Notes: generated from the sequence alone by a model not told the origin. Positions 1 to 11,806 are shown, counted from the first letter of the stretch. The stretch: 64,000 bases of DNA from Halioglobus sp. (GCA_039979015.1 JBDWAD010000017.1:195237-259236); one strand, 5' to 3'. A program made the numbers and translations.

Positions 1-156
1 GCGTTTGCTGGAGAATGTAGAGTAGAAGCTGCTTCTCGCTACCCCCATAACTTCGAGTAACTCCGAGAGGGAAGTGGCGGCATACCCTTTGCGCCAGAAC
101 AATTTAAGGGCGGCGTCGACTGCGAGGTCGCGGTTGAAAGAGGGTGGTCGGGCCAT
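1..156 (-). CDS. TetR/AcrR-family transcriptional regulator (5' end only; remainder lies left of the window)
   Basis: Hand translation of the minus strand from the ATG at 156-154 gives MARPPSFNRDLAVDAALKLFWRKGYAATSLSELLEVMGVARSSFYSTFSSKR. This is a typical TetR N-terminal HTH. The frame is open to position 1 and too short for the ORF track. Confidence 0.8.
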   Translation of the reverse strand, partial: MARPPSFNRDLAVDAALKLFWRKGYAATSLSELLEVMGVARSSFYSTFSSKR

Positions 157-191
157 GCGCGGACGCTGAGTTCAAGACTGGAAATTTATTC

Positions 192-207
192 TGTACCAAT
201 TGGTTCA
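192..207. promoter_or_regulatory. Near-perfect 16-bp palindrome TGTACCAATTGGTTCA, candidate TetR operator
   Basis: The core ACCAATTGGT is a perfect 10-bp palindrome and 14/16 positions are symmetric. It lies 36-51 nt upstream of the TetR ATG and just after the stop (218-220) of the upstream gene. Confidence 0.45.
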
Positions 208-217
208 TAATTGCAAG

Positions 218-1456
218 TTAGTCAGATGGGCGATTACTTTTTTTAACCTTATCTTCTTCTTGCTTGAATCTCTGCAGGCGCTGATCCAAAGACTTCTGAT
301 GTCGCGCCCTGGTTGCTTCTAGCTGCTGAAGCCTTTCCCGGGCTGTGGCATTGAACTGTTCCTCCCGTTCCCATAAATCGGTGAGCCGGTCCTCTCGCGT
401 GCGATCTGCCAGTTGGTAAAGTTCGTGAATCTCTTTTAGCTCAGCCGCCTGATGTCGCTCGTGTTCCTGGCGTTGAACTTGCAGGCTGCTGAGAGACTGT
501 TCGTAGGCTTCCTGCAAGGACTCTGCCTGCAGTTCCAGGCGTTGCTGCTCCTTCAGCTGCCTGGCCTCACCTTCTTGCTCAATGCGGTCCAGCTCCTCCA
601 GGTCGACCCTGGCCTGCTCTTGTGCTGCAGCAATCTGGGCTTCGAGCTTTTTGATGTTTGATTCAGCCTGGCTTTGGCAGTTGGATCGATCCAGCACCAG
701 CTGTTCGGCGATATCTCTACCTTTTCCTCGGTTGGCTTCAGCTTGCTCATCAAGGTGCGTGATCTTGCGCTTGAACCTGCGTTGCTTTTCCGCTTCCTCC
801 TCGGTAATAATCGAGAGGTCTTTGTCCAATTGCGCTTTACTGTCTATCTCAAGGCGCTGCAAGCGAGTAAATTCGTCCTGAGCAGCCAGTAAAGCCTGCT
901 CTCGCTCGGCCCCGATCCTTTCTAACGCAGCCGAGGTATCAGTCTTCACCTCCTCCTGCATTTGTCGCAACTGCTCTATCTTGCTTTCGTGGCTTGCTTT
1001 CGCGTCCAGCTTGAGTCTTTCCAGTTTTGCCAGGATCTCGCTGGGAGCCGGTTCTGTGGTTTCAGTATTTGAGACAGCCGGCGTTGAGCTCCTATTCGGA
1101 AATGCGGGAGAAGCACCTGCGTCACCGGGTCTGGCCGGGCGTGCAGCCAGAAAGGCGGCGGGGTCCTCTTTTCGAACCCGAGTCATAACCTGCTGCTGAG
1201 ACCTGTCTGCTGTGCCGCCGGGCGAATCGGTAGCGACCAGTTCTGCTATGCCACCGATATCCTTGATTTTTCTGAAGTAGTCAGCGGCGGGTTTACGGTC
1301 GAGATTGCTGCGAAGCACAAAAGTGTCGCCTGAAAAGAGCTCCTCAAGCATAAGGGGATCACGAATTTGAAACAGCTCTGCCAGGCCCTCCCGAACTTTC
1401 AGGGGGTCGTTGTGGGGAAGGATGTCCCCCTTGAAGGTGAGGTCGAAACGTTTCAC
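218..1456 (-). CDS. Hypothetical long coiled-coil protein with a small N-terminal globular domain
   Basis: The ORF track gives 218-1582 (GTG, no SD). I prefer the in-frame GTG at 1456, which has AGGA 7 nt upstream and gives VKRFDLTFKGDILPHNDPL... The protein has a ~80-aa N-terminal domain, a Pro/Ser/Ala-rich linker, then ~270 aa of continuous E/Q/K/R/L-rich heptad-like sequence. No TM segment is present and I recognise no named family. Confidence 0.75.
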   Translation of the reverse strand: MKRFDLTFKGDILPHNDPLKVREGLAELFQIRDPLMLEELFSGDTFVLRSNLDRKPAADYFRKIKDIGGIAELVATDSPGGTADRSQQQVMTRVRKEDPAAFLAARPARPGDAGASPAFPNRSSTPAVSNTETTEPAPSEILAKLERLKLDAKASHESKIEQLRQMQEEVKTDTSAALERIGAEREQALLAAQDEFTRLQRLEIDSKAQLDKDLSIITEEEAEKQRRFKRKITHLDEQAEANRGKGRDIAEQLVLDRSNCQSQAESNIKKLEAQIAAAQEQARVDLEELDRIEQEGEARQLKEQQRLELQAESLQEAYEQSLSSLQVQRQEHERHQAAELKEIHELYQLADRTREDRLTDLWEREEQFNATARERLQQLEATRARHQKSLDQRLQRFKQEEDKVKKSNRPSD

Positions 1457-1633
1457 CTGTTGATCCTGTTGGCGTGTTGATTCTGCCTTCAAATCTAGGT
1501 GTGTGCCGGGCGTATTTCCAGAAAAAAGCGACGAAAAGTCGAGATTGTGGAGCCATTGGAGGTGGGCGCGCGGTACAGGCACATAGAGCGCCAGGGGTAC
1601 TTCTGCTACTGAATAATTTTCTTAGGCTGAGAG

Positions 1634-1718
1634 TGGTACCGGTGAACGGACTTGAACCGTTACTCCCGAAGGAACCAGATTTTGAATCTAGCGTGTCTAC
1701 CAATTCCACCACACCGGC
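1634..1718 (-). tRNA. tRNA-Leu (anticodon CAA), class II with long variable arm, CCA encoded
   Basis: The reverse complement is GCCGGTGTGGTGGAATTGGTAGACACGCTAGATTCAAAATCTGGTTCCTTCGGGAGTAACGGTTCAAGTCCGTTCACCGGTACCA. It folds with a 7-bp acceptor stem, a 3-bp D stem, anticodon stem CTAGA/TCTGG with loop TTCAAAA, a TCC-TTCG-GGA variable arm, and T arm AACGG-TTCAAGT-CCGTT. Confidence 0.93.
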
Positions 1719-1975
1719 ATTTAACTCTTAGCCTGCGACATCATGTCATCTGCCCCCACTTGTTTCCGTGCCCGGGCGCAGAAACTGTGTACGTTCAGAG
1801 AACGTCCAGCTGGAGAGCGCCGGATTATAGCAATCGGCTTCCAACTTGCAATATTTTTCCTTAACCCCGTCCCTATTTGGTTGTAAACTCCGCGCCAGCT
1901 CAACAGAGAGCAGCTATATCACACGCAGGCCGCTGATAATGCGGATGATCTGAGTACCTTTGAGGAGAAAAGAAC

Positions 1976-2227
1976 ATGGCCATGAAATTGGTTAAGAAAA
2001 CTGACGAATACAGCATCTTTCAGCGCAGTGACGATCGCTACGCGGTAAAAGACGCTAACAAGAAAGCGGTAAACGGTGAGGAGAAGGTCAAGATTCTGCT
2101 GGCCGAAGACCTGATTAAGGTAACAGCACCTGCAGCGCCCGAAGAAGCTCCAGTAGAAGAGGAGGCCGCTGAGCCCGAAGCTGCCGCTGACGAGGCTCCT
2201 GCGGAAGAAGCTCCTGAAGAGGAATAA
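1976..2227 (+). CDS. Small conserved-looking hypothetical protein with a highly acidic Pro/Ala/Glu tail
   Basis: GAGGAG lies 8 nt upstream of the ATG. The product is MAMKLVKKTDEYSIFQRSDDRYAVKDANKKAVNGEEKVKILLAEDLIKV followed by an APEEAPVEEEAAEPEAAADEAPAEEAPEEE tail. A strong hairpin follows the gene. Confidence 0.65.
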   Translation: MAMKLVKKTDEYSIFQRSDDRYAVKDANKKAVNGEEKVKILLAEDLIKVTAPAAPEEAPVEEEAAEPEAAADEAPAEEAPEEE

Positions 2228-2250
2228 GCTCTTCAGCAATCTGCACCGCA

Positions 2251-2275
2251 AGAAGCCGGCCCTGTGCCGGCTTCT
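2251..2275 (+). terminator. 10-bp GC-rich hairpin (AGAAGCCGGC-CCTGT-GCCGGCTTCT) between the small ORF and queA
   Basis: Perfect inverted repeat read directly from the sequence. No T-tract follows, so it may be a partial terminator or a processing/attenuation structure. Confidence 0.4.
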
Positions 2276-2332
2276 GTGTCCATGGACGGACACTTTTGAG
2301 TACGGAGCTGCCGGTTGGAGCGTCATTGATCA

Positions 2333-4508
<2,176 letters not shown>

Positions 4509-4544
4509 ACTGGAGATTGTTTTGCGGTACAAGGAGTCCGTCTG

Positions 4545-5150
4545 ATGGGTTTGCTGTCTCCCGTGTTACAAAACCTCGATAACGCATTGGTGCTGGATGG
4601 GCTGGTCTGGGACGACAGTAACCTGCCCCAGGCGGCCGTGCTGGTGATGTTGTCAGATGAAGATGAGCCCAGGGTTCTGCTTGGCAGGCGGGCAATACAC
4701 CTGAAAAACCACCCCGGTGAAATCGCTTTTCCCGGTGGTAAGCGCGAACCGGAAGACCGTACCCCCTGGGTGACCGCAAGACGTGAAGCCTGGGAAGAGG
4801 TAGGACTTCGAGAAGATTTGGTGCACGCTATGGGTGAGTTGCCGCCCCTTGTGACAAGAACAGGGTTTGAAGTGCACCCCTGTATCGCGCGCGTACCTGC
4901 GCAATTAGAGCTCAAAATTGACTACGGTGAGTTCGACTCGCTATTTACCCAACCCCTTAGATGTTTCGCCGATGCCCAGTTGTTTCGACTGGAGCGCATG
5001 GAGGTACAGGGTGTGGAGAGAATGGTGCCCCATTACCAAATGGACAGCGATAATATCTGGGGCGTAACGGCGGCTGTACTGGCTATGCTGGCCAATATTG
5101 CCTACGATGCAGGCCTCGATTTACAACGTAACTGGAACATCAAACCATGA
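4545..5150 (+). CDS. NUDIX hydrolase, CoA pyrophosphatase (NudL-like) subfamily
   Basis: The Nudix box is [25 protein letters not shown]. It is preceded by [22 protein letters not shown], which matches the CoA-pyrophosphatase signature LLxxR...HxGxxxFPGG. Confidence 0.8.
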   Translation: MGLLSPVLQNLDNALVLDGLVWDDSNLPQAAVLVMLSDEDEPRVLLGRRAIHLKNHPGEIAFPGGKREPEDRTPWVTARREAWEEVGLREDLVHAMGELPPLVTRTGFEVHPCIARVPAQLELKIDYGEFDSLFTQPLRCFADAQLFRLERMEVQGVERMVPHYQMDSDNIWGVTAAVLAMLANIAYDAGLDLQRNWNIKP

Positions 5151-5671
5151 AATACTCCCTGGGAGAAAAGCAGGTAAGGCTGTTGGGACAAGGTCACTTT
5201 ATCGCACCCAATGCTGCGGTTATTGGCGATGTGACCCTGCATGAAAATGCGAGTATCTGGTTTAGCTGTGTATTGCGGGGCGATGCGGATCGCATCGAAG
5301 TTGGCTCGGGTAGTAACATCCAGGATGGCACCGTTATGCATGCTGATCCAGGTTACCCCATGGTCGTAGGAGAAAATGTAACCGTGGGTCACAACGCCAT
5401 GCTCCATGGCTGCACTATCGGTGATGGCTCTCTTGTTGGTATTAATGCGGTGGTGCTTAACGGCGCCAGGGTGGGGAAGGGCTGCTTGATCGGCGCTAAT
5501 GCGTTGGTGACAGAGGGGATGGAAATTCCCGACGGCTCAATGGTTCTGGGTTCACCGGCAAAAATCGTCAAGCAACTCAGCGAAGAAGCGCAGTTGATGT
5601 TGCAGCACAATGCAGATCACTACGTCGGTAATGCCAAACGTTTCAGCGAGCAGTTGACTGAGCAGTCATGA
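5147..5671 (+). CDS. Gamma-carbonic-anhydrase-like / hexapeptide-repeat (YrdA/PaaY-type) protein
   Basis: 174 aa with left-handed beta-helix hexapeptide repeats and the motifs ...[10 protein letters not shown]...[18 protein letters not shown]... Its start overlaps the upstream stop (ATGA). Confidence 0.85.
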   Translation: MKYSLGEKQVRLLGQGHFIAPNAAVIGDVTLHENASIWFSCVLRGDADRIEVGSGSNIQDGTVMHADPGYPMVVGENVTVGHNAMLHGCTIGDGSLVGINAVVLNGARVGKGCLIGANALVTEGMEIPDGSMVLGSPAKIVKQLSEEAQLMLQHNADHYVGNAKRFSEQLTEQS

Positions 5672-5859
5672 ACGATACCGATCCTCAATCACCCTGTATC
5701 TCGATTTGTGTCCTGGACGAGCAGGACATTTGTCAGGGCTGCTTTCGCAGCGCCAGGGAAATCACCGACTGGTTTATGGAAAGCCCGGAGGGCAAGCAGG
5801 ACATTCTCGATCGGGCGATCGCCCGTCGTAAGGAATCATCGACGATAAGGCTGCTTTAA
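5668..5859 (+). CDS. DUF1289 (YdhL-like) small Cys-rich protein
   Basis: 63 aa. [26 protein letters not shown] matches the DUF1289 Cys motif. The start overlaps the upstream stop. Confidence 0.75.
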   Translation: MNDTDPQSPCISICVLDEQDICQGCFRSAREITDWFMESPEGKQDILDRAIARRKESSTIRLL

Positions 5860-5869
5860 GTAGCAGCAA

Positions 5870-7141
5870 TTACAAGGCTGGTTCGGCAGCAATGACATCG
5901 GCTCTTACTGCCTGTACCACGTTACCTTCCAGTTCGAGAATCTCCAGTCGGTAGGTGTCGATTGACAAGCCTGCATTAGCATCGGGAAAACCTTCCAGGT
6001 ACTCAAGGATAAGACCGCTGATTGTCTTGGGGCCGTCGGTAGGTAGCTGCCAGTCCAGGGACTTATTGATCTCCCGGATGTTGGCGGTGCCGGCAATAAT
6101 AAAACTGCCGTCCCGCTGGGGAAAAATGTTGTCCTCGCTAGCTGCCATGTTGGAGGTAAATTCGCCGACAATTTCTTCAAGAATATCTTCCAGTGCAACC
6201 AGTCCCATCACCTCGCCGTATTCGTCCACAACAACGGCAAGCCGGCTCTTTTTTTGCTGGAAGTTCAGAAGCTGAGTATGCAGCGGCGTACTTTCGGGTA
6301 TGAAGTAGGGCTTCTCCATTTCCCGTTCCAGCGCGTTCCGGTCCAGTCCCTGGCTATCGATGACCCTGCTCATGTTGCGCATGTGCAGCATGCCGACAAT
6401 ATTGTTGATGTCTTCCTTCCACACCGGTAAGCGGGTATGCGAGCTGGTTTGGATGTGGCGAAGAATCTCATCGTCGCTGTCATCCAGATCGATACCAAAG
6501 ACTTCGTTGCGCGGAACCATAATGTCGTCAACGCTGACTTCTTCAAGATCGAGGATGTTCAGTAACATGCCGCGGTGGCGGGCGGGAATCAGCTTGCCCG
6601 CGTCGGTTACGATCGTGCGTAATTCGTCGGATGAGACATGCTCGTCATTCTGTTTTGCGGGATCCATGCCAAACATGCGGAGCAGACCGTTGGTAATCCA
6701 ATTCACCGCGGCGACCACGGGATAGAGAATTTTCAGCAGAGGAAGCAGTATCAGGCTGGCGGGGAAGGCAATTTTCTCAGGATGCAGGGCCGCAATGGTT
6801 TTGGGGGTGATCTCAGCGAAGATCAGGATGACCAGTGTCAGCGCGAAGGTCGCAATGAATATCCCCGCGTCTCCCCACAGCCGAATAGCGATCACTGTAG
6901 CGATAGCCGAGGCAAATATATTGACCAGGTTGTTGCCTATCAGGATCAAGCCGATGAGCCTGTCTGGTCGTTCCAGGAGTTTTCCGGCGCGGGTGGCGCC
7001 TCGGTGCTTGTTGTTCTGCAAATGTTTCAACCGGTAGCGATTGAGAGACATCATGCCGGTTTCTGAACTAGAGAAAAAACCGGAGAGAAAAATAAGTGCA
7101 GCCAAAACCGAGAAGAGTAGACCCAGCGGTGCTTCGTTCAA
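5870..7141 (-). CDS. HlyC/CorC-family transporter (DUF21 membrane domain + CBS pair + CorC_HlyC C-terminal domain; E. coli YfjD/CorB-like)
   Basis: 423 aa. The N-terminal half is hydrophobic, the centre carries CBS-type sequence (VDDIMVPRNEV...), and the C-terminal domain is transporter-associated. It has conserved neighbourhood with the ypjD-like gene and ffh. Confidence 0.85.
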   Translation of the reverse strand: MNEAPLGLLFSVLAALIFLSGFFSSSETGMMSLNRYRLKHLQNNKHRGATRAGKLLERPDRLIGLILIGNNLVNIFASAIATVIAIRLWGDAGIFIATFALTLVILIFAEITPKTIAALHPEKIAFPASLILLPLLKILYPVVAAVNWITNGLLRMFGMDPAKQNDEHVSSDELRTIVTDAGKLIPARHRGMLLNILDLEEVSVDDIMVPRNEVFGIDLDDSDDEILRHIQTSSHTRLPVWKEDINNIVGMLHMRNMSRVIDSQGLDRNALEREMEKPYFIPESTPLHTQLLNFQQKKSRLAVVVDEYGEVMGLVALEDILEEIVGEFTSNMAASEDNIFPQRDGSFIIAGTANIREINKSLDWQLPTDGPKTISGLILEYLEGFPDANAGLSIDTYRLEILELEGNVVQAVRADVIAAEPAL

Positions 7142-7222
7142 GGCGGGTGTGAACCTGTAGTGATTTCTGAAACAGTATCTTGAAGAAAAAGGGCGGTAGG
7201 GGCAAGCCCCGCATGGATATGA

Positions 7223-8026
7223 TTAACCGCGCTGTAATACCAATTCGAGAACGAGTTTAGAGCCGAAGAATGCCAGCATCAGTGCGGCAAAGCCCGCGAG
7301 GGTCAAGCGCACTGCTGTTTGGCTGCGCCAGCCCAGCTTGTGGTGGCCCCAAAGCAGCACTGAAAACAGGCCCCAGGCCAGAATGGTTAGCGCGGTTTTG
7401 TGCACCAGGTGCTGGGCGAAAATATCATCTACGAAGATAAAACCGCTAATAATGGAAATTGTCAGTAAAACTACGCCGACGAACAACAGTTCAAATAGCA
7501 TGGTTTCCATCAGCTGCAGGGGTGGCAGTATCTGCACGATACCGCGAGTGTGCCGATGGCGCAGCTGGTAGTCCTGAGCGGCAACCAGCGCTGACTGCGC
7601 CGCTGCGAGGGTGAGCACGGCATAGGCGAGAATAGAGCTGCCAATATGTAACAGCAGTCCACCGGGTAACTCAGTGGTAATGGCGGCGGTTTCAGGAGCG
7701 AAAGTAGAAACGAGTACCGACATTGCTGACAGGGGGAAAAGCACCACCAGCAGGTTCTGTAGCGGTCTGCGAAGCATCATTAGGACACAGACCAGGTTGA
7801 CAGCGAGGAACATCAACGCTGAAATCTTGTAAAACCCCAAACTTAACCCGCCGGAACCACTGACGCCCTGAACCGCAACAATACTGTGGCAGACCATGGC
7901 AATACCACCCATCACGGCAACGCCGCGGCTCAAGCCCTGTCTTTGCTGGAAGATGTGCATTAAGTGGATGCCCGTCGCGGTCAAATACAGCAGAGCGGCG
8001 ATAGGGGCTAGTAGGCTGGCAGACAT
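7223..8026 (-). CDS. Cytochrome c assembly (CcsA/YpjD-like) inner-membrane protein
   Basis: Polytopic membrane protein divergent from ffh, as for E. coli ypjD. I prefer the internal start MSASLLAPIAALLYL (8026) over the ORF-track start at 8095, whose first 23 residues are not membrane-like. Confidence 0.8.
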   Translation of the reverse strand: MSASLLAPIAALLYLTATGIHLMHIFQQRQGLSRGVAVMGGIAMVCHSIVAVQGVSGSGGLSLGFYKISALMFLAVNLVCVLMMLRRPLQNLLVVLFPLSAMSVLVSTFAPETAAITTELPGGLLLHIGSSILAYAVLTLAAAQSALVAAQDYQLRHRHTRGIVQILPPLQLMETMLFELLFVGVVLLTISIISGFIFVDDIFAQHLVHKTALTILAWGLFSVLLWGHHKLGWRSQTAVRLTLAGFAALMLAFFGSKLVLELVLQRG

Positions 8027-8134
8027 GAGTTTGGGGGTTGGACCGAGGTGGCGTATACTTCGCACCTTTGTACAGAAGTGGCCCATTAGAATCAATAGCG
8101 GCCGCTCTCCATTCTGAAGTTCGAGAGTATTTAG

Positions 8135-9538
8135 ATGTTCGAGAGTCTTAGCGATCGCCTGTCAAACAGCCTGCGTTCGATTACCGGTAAGGCCACCCTC
8201 ACCGAAGATAATATCCAGGATACCCTGCGAGAGGTGCGTATGGCGCTGCTGGAGGCTGATGTAGCCTTGCCAGTGGTGAAGCAGTTCGTAGAGTCGGTCA
8301 AGCAGCGAGCGCTGGGTCAGGAGGTAATGAAGAGCCTCAGCCCGGGCCAGGTTTTCCTGAAAATCGTTCAATCGGAGTTAGAGACCGTGATGGGCTCTTC
8401 CAACGAAGGGCTTAATCTCGCCACGCAACCGCCTGCGGTAATCCTGATGGCTGGCCTTCAGGGAGCGGGTAAAACCACATCAGTGGCCAAACTGGCCAAA
8501 TTGCTGAAAGAGCGAGATAAAAAGAAGGTCACCGTGGTATCGGCTGATGTCTACCGACCAGCGGCAATCAAGCAATTGGAGACCCTGGCAGCTGAGGTGG
8601 GAGCGGACTTTTTCCCTTCTGACGCCTCTGAAAAACCGGTCGATATCGCTAATGCCGCATTAAGCCATGCGAAGAAGTCATTTTCTGATGTGCTGATTGT
8701 GGATACCGCCGGTCGATTGGCGGTGGATGAGGCGATGATGGCAGAGATCGCCCAGCTCCACCAATCGGTGAATCCCATTGAGACGCTGTTTGTTGTTGAT
8801 GCAATGACCGGCCAGGATGCTGCCAACACCGCGAAGGCTTTTGGGGAAACACTGCCATTGACCGGTGTCATTCTTACCAAGGTTGACGCCGATACGCGCG
8901 GCGGTGCGGCCCTGTCGGTGCGTTCGATCACCGGTAAACCGATTAAATTCCTGGGTGTGGGTGAAAAAACCGCTGCGCTGGATCCCTTCCACCCGGATCG
9001 TCTGGCGTCCCGCATTCTCGGCATGGGAGACGTGCTCTCCCTGATCGAAGAGGCGGAGCAGAAAGTCGACAAGGAAAAGGCTGCCAAGCTGGCGCGCAAG
9101 GTCAAGAAAGGCCAGCGCTTTGATTTGGAGGACTTCCGCGATCAGCTTCAGCAAATGAACAACATGGGCGGTATTACCGGCATGCTGGACAAGCTGCCGG
9201 GTATGGGAAACATGGCTCAAATGGCGCAGCAGAACCTGGATGTGAGAATGTTTGCGCGCATGGAGGCCATGATTAACTCTATGACTCCCGAAGAACGGCG
9301 GCGCCCGGAGACGATCCAGGGGTCGCGTAAACGCCGCATTACCAAGGGCTCCGGTACCCAGGTGCAGGATCTCAACCGTTTGCTGAAGCAACACAAGCAG
9401 ATGCAGAAAATGATGAAAAAGATGAAGGGTGGCGGCATGCAGAAAATGATGCGTGGCCTCGGAGGAATGATGCCACCCGGCGGCGGTATGGGTGGGCCTG
9501 GCGGCATGCCCCCCGGTGGGATGCCGCCCTTCAAGTAG
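8135..9538 (+). CDS. ffh: Signal recognition particle protein Ffh
   Basis: 467 aa with an N domain, a G domain carrying GLQGAGKTT and DTAGR, and a Met-rich M domain ending in a GGMPPGG tail. Confidence 0.97.
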   Translation: MFESLSDRLSNSLRSITGKATLTEDNIQDTLREVRMALLEADVALPVVKQFVESVKQRALGQEVMKSLSPGQVFLKIVQSELETVMGSSNEGLNLATQPPAVILMAGLQGAGKTTSVAKLAKLLKERDKKKVTVVSADVYRPAAIKQLETLAAEVGADFFPSDASEKPVDIANAALSHAKKSFSDVLIVDTAGRLAVDEAMMAEIAQLHQSVNPIETLFVVDAMTGQDAANTAKAFGETLPLTGVILTKVDADTRGGAALSVRSITGKPIKFLGVGEKTAALDPFHPDRLASRILGMGDVLSLIEEAEQKVDKEKAAKLARKVKKGQRFDLEDFRDQLQQMNNMGGITGMLDKLPGMGNMAQMAQQNLDVRMFARMEAMINSMTPEERRRPETIQGSRKRRITKGSGTQVQDLNRLLKQHKQMQKMMKKMKGGGMQKMMRGLGGMMPPGGGMGGPGGMPPGGMPPFK

Positions 9539-9810
9539 GCATCACGCAATGTCCTGTCTGTGCCCGGTCCCTGTGGCGACGCGGGGGGCTGGGCGGAAGC
9601 GCATTGTAGCCATGGCAGAGCGTTGTGAGCCGGCCCCACACAACGCAGCTAAGCTGCGGAATTACCTAAATAAATTCCCCTTTTGGGGTTTTATTCCACT
9701 GTTGATTTCCGTATGATACGCCACCTTTCCGGCCGGTGTGTCGGTTTTTGTCGTGGGCAGCTGAAGCAGATCGAGTCAGATGCCTCTAATTTTTCAGGAA
9801 TTTAAAGCAA

Positions 9811-10062
9811 ATGGTAACAATTCGTCTTGCACGTGGTGGCTCCAAGAAGCGCCCCTTTTACCACCTGACCGTAACCGACCACCGCAATGCGCGTAACGGT
9901 CGTTTCATCGAGCGCGTGGGCTTTTTTAACCCAGTAGCTCGTGGCCAGGAAGAACGTCTGCGCGTGGACGCCGACCGCATCGAATACTGGCAGGGCCAAG
10001 GCGCCCAGCTGTCTGAGCGTGTCGCCAAGTTGGTTAAGGACGCCGCAGCTGCCGCGGCTTAA
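9811..10062 (+). CDS. rpsP: 30S ribosomal protein S16
   Basis: [41 protein letters not shown]. It is the first gene of the rpsP-rimM-trmD-rplS operon. Confidence 0.97.
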   Translation: MVTIRLARGGSKKRPFYHLTVTDHRNARNGRFIERVGFFNPVARGQEERLRVDADRIEYWQGQGAQLSERVAKLVKDAAAAAA

Positions 10063-10082
10063 AGCCGGGTGACCGGTCTTTG

Positions 10083-10634
10083 ATGAGTGAGCCCGGATCC
10101 AACCCCCTGACTGCTGGCAAGATTACCGGCTGTTATGGCATCAAGGGTTGGGTGAAAATTCACTCGTTCACTGATCCAGCGGAAAACCTTTTCCGCGTGG
10201 GAAAGTGGATGCTTCAGCGTCGAGACTCACTCGTGGCAGTAGAGTTTGATGATTGGAAGCGGCAGGGTAAGGGCATGGTTGCCCATATTGCGGGGATTGA
10301 TGACCGCACCCTGGCAGAGTCCTATAAGGGCCTGCATATAGTGGTGGAGGCCGAGGGCCTTCCCCCGCTGGAAGAAGGTGATTACTACTGGCGCCAGCTG
10401 CAGGGTTTGCAAGCTTGGGGCCGTGAGCCGGACTCCAGTGACGACAGAGTGCTGTTGGGCACAGTGGATTACTTGATTGAGACCGGTGCCAATGATGTGC
10501 TGGTAGTAAAGGCCACTGACGATAGCATTGATGATAAGGAGCGACTGATTCCTTATCTACCCGGCGACACAGTCACCCGGGTGGACCTGGAAGAAGGGCT
10601 GATAGATATAGACTGGTTTATTCACGAAGAATAA
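10083..10634 (+). CDS. rimM: 16S rRNA processing protein RimM
   Basis: Position in the operon plus GKITGCYGIKGWVKIHSFTDPAENL (RimM N-terminal motif) and a PRC-barrel C-terminus. The start is either the ATG at 10083 or the TTG at 10080. Confidence 0.93.
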   Translation: MSEPGSNPLTAGKITGCYGIKGWVKIHSFTDPAENLFRVGKWMLQRRDSLVAVEFDDWKRQGKGMVAHIAGIDDRTLAESYKGLHIVVEAEGLPPLEEGDYYWRQLQGLQAWGREPDSSDDRVLLGTVDYLIETGANDVLVVKATDDSIDDKERLIPYLPGDTVTRVDLEEGLIDIDWFIHEE

Positions 10635-10660
10635 ATTAGTGGGGATGACCGGAGAGCAGG

Positions 10661-11398
10661 ATGCAGATCGCACTGGTAAGTCTGTTTCCGGAGATGTTCG
10701 AGGCCGTCAGTGCGCATGGCGTTACTGGTAGGGCGGTGAAGCAGGGTCTGGTTCAGGTGAGCCATCACAACCCGCGAGATTACACCACCGACAAGCATCG
10801 TACGGTGGATGACAGACCTTTTGGCGGTGGCCCGGGTATGTTGATGAAGATTGACCCTTTGCAGCAGGCGATAGCCGCAGCAAAGGAGGCGACAGGTAAT
10901 GACGCTAAAGTCATCTATTTATCGCCACAGGGTCAGCGACTCGATCACAGCAAGGCTGTGGCACTCTCGCAAGAGGCAGCGCTGGTGCTGGTAGCAGGCC
11001 GCTATGAAGGGGTTGATGAACGCCTGATAGAGGCTGAGGTGGATGAAGAACTATCCATCGGCGATTATGTATTAAGTGGTGGCGAATTGGCCGCCATGGT
11101 GGTCATCGATTCGGTGGCACGCCAGTTGCCAGGTGTATTGGGGCATGAGCTTTCTGCGCAAGAGGATTCATATGCAGATGGATTGCTGGATTGCCCGCAC
11201 TACACCAGGCCAGAAGAGTACCAGGGTAAACAGGTACCGGATGTATTGCTCAGCGGCAATCACGAAAAGATTCGCCGCTGGCGCCTGAAGCAGGCATTGG
11301 GCAGGACGCAGGAGCGTCGCCCAGACTTGCTGCAGGGCAGGCCGATGACGGCTGAAGAGAATGAATTGCTGGCGGAATATCTCCGCGAGCAGAGTTAA
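10661..11398 (+). CDS. trmD: tRNA (guanine37-N1)-methyltransferase
   Basis: 245 aa, ...[10 protein letters not shown]...GGGPGMLMK...[10 protein letters not shown]...[16 protein letters not shown]... are typical TrmD motifs. Confidence 0.96.
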   Translation: MQIALVSLFPEMFEAVSAHGVTGRAVKQGLVQVSHHNPRDYTTDKHRTVDDRPFGGGPGMLMKIDPLQQAIAAAKEATGNDAKVIYLSPQGQRLDHSKAVALSQEAALVLVAGRYEGVDERLIEAEVDEELSIGDYVLSGGELAAMVVIDSVARQLPGVLGHELSAQEDSYADGLLDCPHYTRPEEYQGKQVPDVLLSGNHEKIRRWRLKQALGRTQERRPDLLQGRPMTAEENELLAEYLREQS

Positions 11399-11452
11399 TT
11401 AAACGAGCCCGCTAGCTGTGAAGCTACGACTGGAACACGAAAGGAGCGCACC

Positions 11453-11806
11453 ATGAGCACCAACAAGATCATTTCTCAGCTTGACGCTGAACAAATGGAA
11501 AAAGACCTGCCTGAGTTCGGCCCCGGTGATACCGTGGTTGTTCAGGTAAAAGTGAAAGAAGGCGAACGTGAGCGTCTGCAGGCGTTTGAAGGCGTTGTTA
11601 TCGGCAAGCGTAACCGCGGTTTGAACTCAGCCTTTACTGTGCGCAAGATCTCCCACGGCGTTGGTGTCGAGCGTACTTTCCAAACATACAGCCCCCTCGT
11701 TGACAGCCTGGCTGTCAAGCGTCGCGGCGACGTGCGCCAAGCCAAGCTTTACTACCTGCGTGAGCTGTCCGGAAGGGCTGCCCGCATCAAGGAGAAGCTG
11801 GGTTAA
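11453..11806 (+). CDS. rplS: 50S ribosomal protein L19
   Basis: 117 aa, ...[46 protein letters not shown]... Confidence 0.97.
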   Translation: MSTNKIISQLDAEQMEKDLPEFGPGDTVVVQVKVKEGERERLQAFEGVVIGKRNRGLNSAFTVRKISHGVGVERTFQTYSPLVDSLAVKRRGDVRQAKLYYLRELSGRAARIKEKLG

